Shown: one piece after another, positions 1 to 5,616 of the stretch | How the letters are laid out: the number at the start of each line of letters is the position of its first letter | Numbering within the stretch: the stretch's first letter is position 1 | Origin: Thermoprotei archaeon | GTDB lineage: Archaea; Thermoproteota; Nitrososphaeria; Geothermarchaeales; JDFR-13 | Assembly (NCBI GenBank): GCA_015661745.1 | Contig: DQVL01000033.1 | Location: 1 to 12,141 of the forward strand | Length of the DNA: 12,141 bases | Direction of reading: 5' to 3' | Position numbers and translations under genes: made by a program | The notes under the pieces: model-generated | The model's database searches: none | Seen by the model: only the letters and a program-made list of their open reading frames with translations | Told to the model about the DNA's origin: nothing

Positions 1-92
1 CGGTGAACCCCCCCAGACTCCCAGATGAAGTACTGGCGAGAAGCCAGCACGGAACGGGAGAACCACCGTCCATCAGGGCGGGGTAGTTCACG
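1..92 (+). repeat. Copy A (5'-truncated by the window edge) of the repeat family; tnpB-tail / IS200-IS605 right-end-like (omega-RNA-like) 3' module
   Basis: Aligns base for base with 4319-4409 and 10333-10425. Closing helix GTGAAC (3-8) pairs with GTTCAC (86-91). Internal hairpin CTGGC-GAGAA-GCCAG (33-47). One + frame reads ...GEPPSIRAG*, which resembles a decayed TnpB C-terminus. Confidence 0.7.
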
Positions 93-204
93 AGTTAAAG
101 ATAGTTGCAGAGGATATATTAATGGAGTTAACCCGGCGATATATGGAACGTGTAGGCGTGAGATCCCCAATAGGGGTGCTGCTTGCTGGGCTTGAGAATA
201 TAGC

Positions 205-416
205 CTATGGACCGGCCAAACTATATTCCTCATGCAAAAGCTCCTTTACAAGTTCTGGGTCAACATCTACTACTTTAGGCTTCAAGGCTTTTAAAAGAGT
301 CTATCCCCTGTAACCTCCACTATAACCTCGTCACCCTCATTAATACCCAATGCATCCCTCAGCTTCTTAGGTAAGATTATAATGCCTTTCCTACGGACTT
401 TTAAGACGATTCTCAT
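205..416 (-). pseudogene. AbrB/SpoVT (MazE/VapB-type) antitoxin, frameshifted
   Basis: Not in the ORF track. The minus strand from ATG 416 reads MRIVLKVRRKGIIILPKKLRDALGINEGDEVIVEVTGDRLF*, a classic AbrB looped-hinge-helix N-terminal domain. The expected C-terminal part LLKALKPKVVDVDPELVKELLHEEYSLAGP* continues in another frame across a T4A4 run (about 291-299). No PIN or other toxin ORF follows; repeat copy A lies where the toxin would be. Confidence 0.6.
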
Positions 417-476
417 ATATTCCCCTACCTAAGAATAGTATAACTATATATAATAGTTTAACCAAAGCATAATGGT

Positions 477-518
477 TTACAAACTATCGCTAAAAAAGCT
501 TATGAATTTATTTGAAGA
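477..518 (+). repeat. Solo IS200/IS605 left-end-like sequence (TTAC + LE core)
   Basis: 488-512 (CGCTAAAAAAGCTTATGAATTTATT) matches 5127-5151 in the left end of the resident IS at 24 of 25 positions. Both are preceded by TTAC (477-480 and 5117-5120). The 3' hairpin arm is degenerate here. Confidence 0.6.
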
Positions 519-570
519 GTGTAATATGCATTGCATCGAACAGTTATAATCTCCACTTTAAATATATTAT

Positions 571-1587
571 ATGGTGGATTCCGTGGCACCCCAGTGCTAC
601 ATTGAAGAGATAGATATACAGGAATTTAGGGGGATAAGGGGGCTCAAGAATCCTATAAAACTATCAAAGTATAATATCATAATAGGTAGGAATAATGTAG
701 GAAAGACGGCGCTTCTTGAGGCGCTATATCTACTCCCATCACCATATGATTCCATAAGAGGACAGCCCTTAATTGGAAGACATAGAATGCCATTAGTTAT
801 AAATCTCCATGGAGGAGACTGGACATCTTTAATATATGGTTATAGTGGCTACGCAAAGTTAAGCTATAAACTATCAACCAATGTAACACTTGAGTTTAAT
901 CTATCATATAAACCTGAGTATTTAAGGGTGGATGGTGAAGAGGCTGGAATAGATCTCTATATAGACTCTATATCTAAGTGCTTTAATATTAAAGAGGAGG
1001 ATGTTAGCCGCTTAACATTCTTAATTCCTAATGATACCCTATTCATTAAAGACCTACATGGAAGGCTACTAGAGGTATGGGATGCCATAGTTAAGGAGGG
1101 GTTGCATAGGGAGATTGTAAGTAGGTTGGTGAACCCTGTAGTTTATGATAAGTTTACGGAGATACTTATTGAGAGAAATCAACTTAAGTTACGTAATGAG
1201 GTTGGGGGTGATATTGGGCCATTGTATATCACGTTAACCGATTTAGGTGATGGTGTTGAGAAGGTCACCACTGTAGGGCTAGCATTAGAATACTTCAAAC
1301 CTAGAGTCGTTTTATGGGATGACCTCGAGGTCGCTATGCATCCAGGTTTAGTAAGGTCCATACTTAGATGGCTAACTTCGAGGGATTGGCAGGTGGTCAT
1401 ATCTACTCATAGTATAGACGTCCTCAATATATTTACTGATCTGGGTTTGAAGGATGGGAAGATAATATTGTTAAGGAAGACATCCGATGACTTCATAGAG
1501 GTATCCAGCTACACCCCAATGGAGATGGGGGATATCATAGAGAAGGGGATAGATATCAGGAAGATCATAGATATCTTGGAGCTATGA
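571..1587 (+). CDS. ABC/SMC-like P-loop ATPase (AAA_21/AAA_15-type, OLD/AbiLi/AriA-like ATPase domain only)
   Basis: N-terminal IEEIDIQEFRGI strand. Walker A GRNNVGKT (residues 39-46). Signature-like LTDLGDGVEKV. Walker B VVLWDDLE. H-loop VISTHS. No transmembrane or nuclease domain is evident. GTG at 583 is an alternative leaderless start, because TTTAAATA at 556-563 is very close to ATG 571. Confidence 0.8.
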   Translation: MVDSVAPQCYIEEIDIQEFRGIRGLKNPIKLSKYNIIIGRNNVGKTALLEALYLLPSPYDSIRGQPLIGRHRMPLVINLHGGDWTSLIYGYSGYAKLSYKLSTNVTLEFNLSYKPEYLRVDGEEAGIDLYIDSISKCFNIKEEDVSRLTFLIPNDTLFIKDLHGRLLEVWDAIVKEGLHREIVSRLVNPVVYDKFTEILIERNQLKLRNEVGGDIGPLYITLTDLGDGVEKVTTVGLALEYFKPRVVLWDDLEVAMHPGLVRSILRWLTSRDWQVVISTHSIDVLNIFTDLGLKDGKIILLRKTSDDFIEVSSYTPMEMGDIIEKGIDIRKIIDILEL

Positions 1588-1610
1588 AACTATATGAAGA
1601 GTGAGGCTAC

Positions 1611-2204
1611 ATGAAATTCTATGAAGGTGAAGTGGTAAGCACTGATGGCATAGTATTCCTTACCGGTGATGGTGGCCGTGAGAAGAGAGTGATTGAGGCA
1701 CTAGCTGAAAAGTATAACCATAAGAAGACGATTTTTAGACCAACATTCATTCCTCATAGAACGGGCCTCACCGGTGTGGTGGAGCAATTGGCAACCCTAA
1801 CTAATTTAAAAATTAGCGTTAAGTCTTATCTAATAGTAATTGATAAGGAGCATGTAAATAATTTTAGCCAGGTTGAGAGGAAGTTAGGTACCTATGGATT
1901 CGAGATACTTGAAAAAAAATTAGAAGAGGGGGCATGGATAGTAAAGTGTAGGAAGGGTGTTAAGGAGATAATGTTGTATTTGGCTGTGATGGGGGAGGAA
2001 AAGTGTATAGAAGAGAATTTAGCTAAGCTAATTAGGCTAAGGTTCGGTGAAGAAGTTGGACCGACAAAGAGAGAGTTAGATAAATGGCTGAAAAGTAGGG
2101 GGATGAATGAAAGAAGTATTATAGAGGGTGCAGGTGAGGATGTATTGAGAAAATCACTACCAAACCTTGTCACACTATTAGAAGAGATTAATATAACTCT
2201 TTAA
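1611..2204 (+). CDS. Uncharacterised 197-aa partner of the ATPase (possibly a degenerate TOPRIM/RloB/DUF4276-like protein)
   Basis: Same strand as the ATPase, 23-nt spacer, GTGAGG Shine-Dalgarno-like motif at 1601-1606. The motifs IVFLTGDGGRE and YLIVIDKEH sit where a TOPRIM Glu and DxD would lie, but the canonical Glu is absent. I recognise no family with confidence. Confidence 0.6.
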   Translation: MKFYEGEVVSTDGIVFLTGDGGREKRVIEALAEKYNHKKTIFRPTFIPHRTGLTGVVEQLATLTNLKISVKSYLIVIDKEHVNNFSQVERKLGTYGFEILEKKLEEGAWIVKCRKGVKEIMLYLAVMGEEKCIEENLAKLIRLRFGEEVGPTKRELDKWLKSRGMNERSIIEGAGEDVLRKSLPNLVTLLEEINITL

Positions 2205-2266
2205 AGATGAGAAGAAGCCGTATTTAGAACCTAGACAGAATATCCATAACCCTAAAAAACCTATAT

Positions 2267-2407
2267 AAAAAGTCGCTAGTAAATCAATTGAATTATCCCA
2301 TTTGATTCGATGGAGGCTATCTATAGATAATCCATAAACCCAAGATAAAGTATTGGTGTAAAGCCAGTATGGAATGGGGAGACCCCTGATTTTAGTTAGG
2401 GGGCCTG
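2267..2407 (+). repeat. Copy B: short chimeric element, IS-like left end plus repeat-family 3' module
   Basis: AAAAGTCGCTA (2268-2278) is identical to the start of the resident IS left end (5121-5131). 2338-2380 aligns with the 3' modules of copies A, C and D, including hairpin TTGGT-GTAAA-GCCAG (2353-2367). A terminal hairpin CCCCT-N10-AGGGG (2383-2402) follows. The element abuts the MNT stop codon. Confidence 0.5.
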
Positions 2408-2833
2408 CTAATCCAGATTGTACTGAGTTGATGGGGATAAGAATCTATCTTCATCAATGGATTTTAGGAGTAGCTTCTCCAGTAGTAGGGGTATCCTCTC
2501 TAGAATGACTCTACCCTCACTCAAAACCTTCTCTATATACCATGGGGGTGCATAGTTAAGTATCCTAGTATCTACTTTGTATCCTAGTTTATCCGTTAGA
2601 GCCTCATCCAGATCAAATTTATAGTCTAGTGGGTCGATCCCACCCCTTATATAGACCGCCACATCAATATCTCTAAATGGGTACTCCCTAAGGAATGACC
2701 CATATATAACAGCCAATAAAATCTCGTTACGCCTAGATAGTTCCACCCCCAACCTATTTATAACAATATCCTTCTCATCCCAAGAGAGCTGGTAGAATCT
2801 AAACCGCTCCCTAATCTCAATCTCCAGAGGCAT
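2408..2833 (-). CDS. mntA: Minimal nucleotidyltransferase (MNT) antitoxin of a HEPN-MNT pair
   Basis: NTase motif YGSFLREYPFRDIDVAVY (GS...DxD). The ORF-track start at 2851 is TTG. ATG 2833 is preceded by GAGGAGG and is the more likely start. Confidence 0.8.
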   Translation of the reverse strand: MPLEIEIRERFRFYQLSWDEKDIVINRLGVELSRRNEILLAVIYGSFLREYPFRDIDVAVYIRGGIDPLDYKFDLDEALTDKLGYKVDTRILNYAPPWYIEKVLSEGRVILERIPLLLEKLLLKSIDEDRFLSPSTQYNLD

Positions 2834-3239
2834 ATCTCTCAACCTCCTCAATAAATTTCTTGACAGCTTCTAACCCATTCCCCCTAGCTTCATCATAGAT
2901 TCTAGTGTCATCGACCACCCAATATCTATGTATTATAAGGTTTCTTAGGCGGGCTAGACGCATCATATTTTGACCTATCTCCCGTGATATAACACCCTTC
3001 TCCACCAACCTTCTAAATACCTCTATATAACCATCAAAATGTCTTTCACCTAGCTCCCTAAGTATATGTAGCCCTAATGATGTTGAAGCCTCAACCACCT
3101 CGATAATAGCGAGTCTAAGAGTGTATATATTTCTGATATCACTCAGGAAACTATTCAGATCCATCTCTACAATACCACCAGCTATATCTAATGAATACTC
3201 TATATCTCTTAATAGCTTCTTTAAAAGCTCTCTATCCAT
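2817..3239 (-). CDS. hepT: HEPN (DUF86) toxin
   Basis: Rx4-6H motif in LARLRNLIIHRYWVVD near the C-terminus. 140 aa. Overlaps the downstream MNT gene by 17 nt (35 nt if the TTG start is used). Confidence 0.8.
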   Translation of the reverse strand: MDRELLKKLLRDIEYSLDIAGGIVEMDLNSFLSDIRNIYTLRLAIIEVVEASTSLGLHILRELGERHFDGYIEVFRRLVEKGVISREIGQNMMRLARLRNLIIHRYWVVDDTRIYDEARGNGLEAVKKFIEEVERYASGD

Positions 3240-3423
3240 CCCCCTCAGTTAAACATTATAACAACCGAGTTAATATTTGCCATGAGATGTCGATGGAGAT
3301 TGTATGGAGTGGAGTAGGTATGGAGCGATGTCATCACATGGAGAAAACGATCTACTAAATGAGTATATAGTTTAACCTATTAAAGTTGGGAGAAAGCCAA
3401 ATACCACTCCTACTGGATATCAT

Positions 3424-3759
3424 TTAGAGAATGGTTAACTTAACATCCTCTATAACCGTTTTGATATATTTGAAGTGCTTATCCATCGTTATTATTTCAT
3501 ATCCATTATTATATCCTATAGCCATGATAATAAGGTCTACGGAAGGGAGGGGATTCCCCTTCTTCCTTAATTCTATCTGCCATCTAATAGCTGTATCATA
3601 ATCTTCTTTCGTAGGATATAAAATTTCACTGGCAGCCGTGAGTGCAGGGGGATATTCAATGACTGTATATATCGTTATATAGCCAGGTATTTTCTCAACC
3701 TTTTCTTTAGATATAAGCTTTATTACTGCGCTTGTGTCGTAGAGTCTAGGCGATTCCAC
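3424..3759 (-). CDS. vapC: PIN-domain toxin VapC
   Basis: Acidic residues in PIN spacing: LYDTS (D8), VIEYP, SVDLII, ITMDKHF. GTG start at 3759. Overlaps the upstream antitoxin by 37 nt. Confidence 0.75.
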   Translation of the reverse strand: MESPRLYDTSAVIKLISKEKVEKIPGYITIYTVIEYPPALTAASEILYPTKEDYDTAIRWQIELRKKGNPLPSVDLIIMAIGYNNGYEIITMDKHFKYIKTVIEDVKLTIL

Positions 3760-4013
3760 TCCCTCATCAACACCTCCCTATACAACCTTACCTCATCATT
3801 ATAGTCTAATGGCTTTAGATCCTCCATCTTAACTCCCTTCTCAACAAGCCTATTCAATAATGATTCGGAGGATTCAACCCTCTCCATCTCCTCCAGACGT
3901 TTCAGATGCTGGATAATACTCTCTCTAATGACCTGGCTCCAGTTAACATCCTTATACCGCCTCATAGCCTCCAGAATCTTTTTCGGGAGTCTCACCGTGA
4001 AATTGGCACTCAT
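3723..4013 (-). CDS. vapB: VapB-type antitoxin (RHH-like N-terminus)
   Basis: Starts MSANFTVRLPKKILEAMRRYKDVNWSQVIRE. Paralogous to the 4807-5037 product. The ORF-track start at 4058 lies inside the promoter palindrome, so ATG 4013 is preferred. Confidence 0.7.
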   Translation of the reverse strand: MSANFTVRLPKKILEAMRRYKDVNWSQVIRESIIQHLKRLEEMERVESSESLLNRLVEKGVKMEDLKPLDYNDEVRLYREVLMREWNRLDSTTQAQ

Positions 4014-4024
4014 CACATCCCCAT

Positions 4025-4078
4025 TATATTGTATGTATGTGCATGTATATATATACATATATATCCATACAATATAAA
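4025..4078 (-). promoter_or_regulatory. vapBC-1 promoter with nested palindromic operator
   Basis: An 11-bp perfect inverted repeat, TATATTGTATG (4025-4035) and CATACAATATA (4066-4076), is concentric with a perfect 16-bp palindrome ATGTATATATATACAT (4043-4058). On the minus strand TTTATATTGTAT (4067-4078) is a TATA-like box about 54 nt upstream of the ATG. Confidence 0.55.
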
Positions 4079-4163
4079 GCTATGTAACCAACTCCATGAG
4101 ACAGCGTAATTTAAAGTCCATATAAAATGAAGGATATAAAATGGGCTTAACCTAAATAGAATT

Positions 4164-4409
4164 TTATCTCCTTGTTGTCTGCAAACCCTCTTCCGAATGA
4201 ATAGAAAAGAGGCGATGGTTTTAAATATTCCTGTAAACATCGGATTTTCTGGGATTTTCCCATTGAGAATAGAGGCTTGAGTAGCCCATGCCTTATCGAG
4301 ATGTATGGGATGGGGGAGCTGTGAAACCCCGGAACTTCCAGATGGAGTATTGGTGAGAAGCCAGGATGGAACGGGAGAAACCACATCCATCAAGATGGGA
4401 CAGTTCACG
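4164..4409 (+). repeat. Copy C (full length) of the repeat family: internal promoter plus omega-RNA-like scaffold, no ORF
   Basis: Collinear with 10170-10425 over its whole length with small indels. The overlapping minus-strand ORFs change frame between copies, so it is non-coding. The left boundary is uncertain by about 10 nt. Confidence 0.75.
4220..4227 (+). promoter_or_regulatory. TATA box inside repeat copy C
   Basis: GCGATGGTTTTAAATATTCC resembles the resident IS left-end promoter ATCGATAAGTTTAAATATATCC. The predicted TSS is near 4250, about 160 nt upstream of the element's 3' end. Confidence 0.5.
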
Positions 4410-4424
4410 TTTGACATTTAGGTG

Positions 4425-4820
4425 TTATGGATGGACTTTAATACCAAGTTTTGTTGCTACTTTAGCCTGCTCATCATCCAGTGTTAGGAGTGTTCCACCC
4501 ATACTACGTGCCAATACAATATATAGTGAGTCATACACAGTTAACCTATTCTCTAAAGCGATCTTTAAAGCATCATCTATATACTCTATCTCGGGATATA
4601 AAGTTATGTTCCTACCTATCATAGATTTTAATATATTATATGCTTTTAACGCGTCATCAAAGCTTATATATTCTCTATAATATGCCTTCCATATAGCGTT
4701 AGAGACCTCCTTAAGAAGATGATCTATAGATACAGCCCTCACAAGATACTCTGCAATATCTCTCCATCCATCTTCACGGAGTATGAATGCTGTGAGAGCT
4801 GATGCATCAACTACTATCAC
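4425..4820 (-). CDS. vapC: PIN-domain toxin VapC
   Basis: Starts (GTG)IVVDASALTAFIL. Later acidic residues in LLKEVSN, VYDSLY and LTLDDEQ. GGAGG lies 5 nt upstream of the GTG. Overlaps vapB by 14 nt. Confidence 0.85.
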   Translation of the reverse strand: MIVVDASALTAFILREDGWRDIAEYLVRAVSIDHLLKEVSNAIWKAYYREYISFDDALKAYNILKSMIGRNITLYPEIEYIDDALKIALENRLTVYDSLYIVLARSMGGTLLTLDDEQAKVATKLGIKVHP

Positions 4821-5037
4821 GATCCTCCCTCACAGATGATGCGGAGAAACCTTTGGGTACCCTCCATCCGGCGTTGGAGAGGATCTCCATTACAGTTTTA
4901 AAGTTTTCTTCAGCCTCTAGCTCCCTAACCTTCTCTTCAACAAACCTTCTAAGTTCTTCACTCCAATTAATCCTATCCCTATACTTATCCATCAACTCCT
5001 TAATCTCCCTCCTAACCTTAAAACTGACAACACTCAT
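4807..5037 (-). CDS. vapB: VapB-type antitoxin
   Basis: Starts MSVVSFKVRREIKELMDKYRDRINWSEELRRF, paralogous to the 3723-4013 product. AGGGGT precedes ATG 5037. An upstream in-frame ATG at 5058 is possible. Confidence 0.7.
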   Translation of the reverse strand: MSVVSFKVRREIKELMDKYRDRINWSEELRRFVEEKVRELEAEENFKTVMEILSNAGWRVPKGFSASSVREDRDSS

Positions 5038-5191
5038 TAGACCCCTAAATAATACCATATAAACTACTAATTAATAATACCAGTAAGTATACAATATAAA
5101 ACCCCCCAGAAAATTCTTACAAAAGTCGCTAAGAAAGCTTATGAATTTATTCATGAGATGGATTAGGGGAGGTGGGTGGGTTATCGATAAG

Positions 5192-5199
5192 TTTAAATA
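5192..5199 (+). promoter_or_regulatory. TATA box of tnpA (leaderless)
   Basis: TTTAAATA is centred about 27 nt upstream of ATG 5224. Confidence 0.6.
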
Positions 5200-5223
5200 T
5201 ATCCACAACTTTAAAGTTGATAG

Positions 5224-5616
5224 ATGAATAACTATCAACATTCAAGGAATAAGGTGTATCTAATCCAGTATCATTTAGTCTGGTGTCCTAAGAGGAGAAA
5301 GCCTGTCTTAGTTGGGAAAATTAGGGAGAGATTGGAACAAATAATATATGAAGTTGCAGAGGAACTGGGAATTAAAGTCTTAAAACTTGCTATAAATCCA
5401 GACCATCTCCACTTATTCGTTTCAGCCTATCCAACAATTTCTGTCCACAAGATTGTGAAGAGAATTAAAGGTAGAAGCTCTCGCATTTTAAGGCAAGAAT
5501 TTCCAGAACTGCTTAAGCTTCCATCGCTATGGACTCATTCATACTTCGTTGCAACAATTGGAAGCGTTTCAAAGGAGATAATCGAAACATATATTGAGGC
5601 TCAGAAGGGGAGATAA
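5224..5616 (+). CDS. tnpA: IS200/IS605 Y1 (HUH) transposase TnpA
   Basis: HLVWCPKRRKPVL, HUH motif in NPDHLHLFV, catalytic Tyr region LWTHSYFVATIG. 130 aa. Confidence 0.9.
   Translation: MNNYQHSRNKVYLIQYHLVWCPKRRKPVLVGKIRERLEQIIYEVAEELGIKVLKLAINPDHLHLFVSAYPTISVHKIVKRIKGRSSRILRQEFPELLKLPSLWTHSYFVATIGSVSKEIIETYIEAQKGR

Noticed and set aside
122-313. Antisense shadow ORFs (122-313, 1179-1400, 1892-2173, 3906-4109, 4802-5062, 5513-5698, 7363-7746, 11420-11779)
   Set aside because: Each lies entirely opposite a well-supported gene or pseudogene. Their composition is low-complexity Ser/Leu/Pro-rich with no recognisable motifs. These are typical antisense open frames.
4164-4409. The repeat as a known structured RNA (SRP/7S RNA, RNase P RNA, tRNA-like) or a CRISPR array
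   Set aside because: Several diverged copies in 12 kb do not fit single-copy housekeeping RNAs. I could not find the conserved RNase P or SRP motifs or a cloverleaf. There is no short direct-repeat and spacer periodicity anywhere in the window.
4013-4417. ORF-track ORFs covering the repeat copies (4013-4417, 4147-4386, 10090-10401 and 10278-10493, minus strand; 4366-4680, plus strand)
   Set aside because: The peptides from homologous copies (for example MWFLPFHPGFSPILHLEV... and MGLLPFHVGSPPILHLGV...) switch reading frame between copies because of indels. They have no plausible starts or promoters. The conservation is at the nucleotide or structure level, not the protein level.
3723-5058. 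Longer ORF-track starts for vapB-1 (4058), vapB-2 (5058), MNT (TTG 2851) and the epimerase (6863)
   Set aside because: The extensions add non-conserved residues (MYIYTCTYIQYNGDV is translated promoter palindrome). They lie upstream of, or too close to, the predicted TATA/TSS. The internal ATGs have better Shine-Dalgarno or leaderless geometry and align with the paralogue's N-terminus.
5048-5082. 10-bp direct repeat AATAATACCA (5048-5057 and 5073-5082) in the vapB-2 upstream region as an operator
   Set aside because: The sequence is AT-rich and short, and the first copy overlaps the possible alternative start region. It cannot be told apart from chance in this composition. Noted only as a candidate for the same EMSA test as the vapB-1 palindrome.
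5166-5180. G-run GGGGAGGTGGGTGGG in the IS left end as a G-quadruplex, with similar G-runs at 4307-4316, 10321-10330 and 6622-6630
   Set aside because: One run is only GG, so at best a two-tetrad structure could form. The G-runs are better explained as 3' arms of the helices described above (CCCWTG/...GGG). There is no independent evidence for a G4 role.
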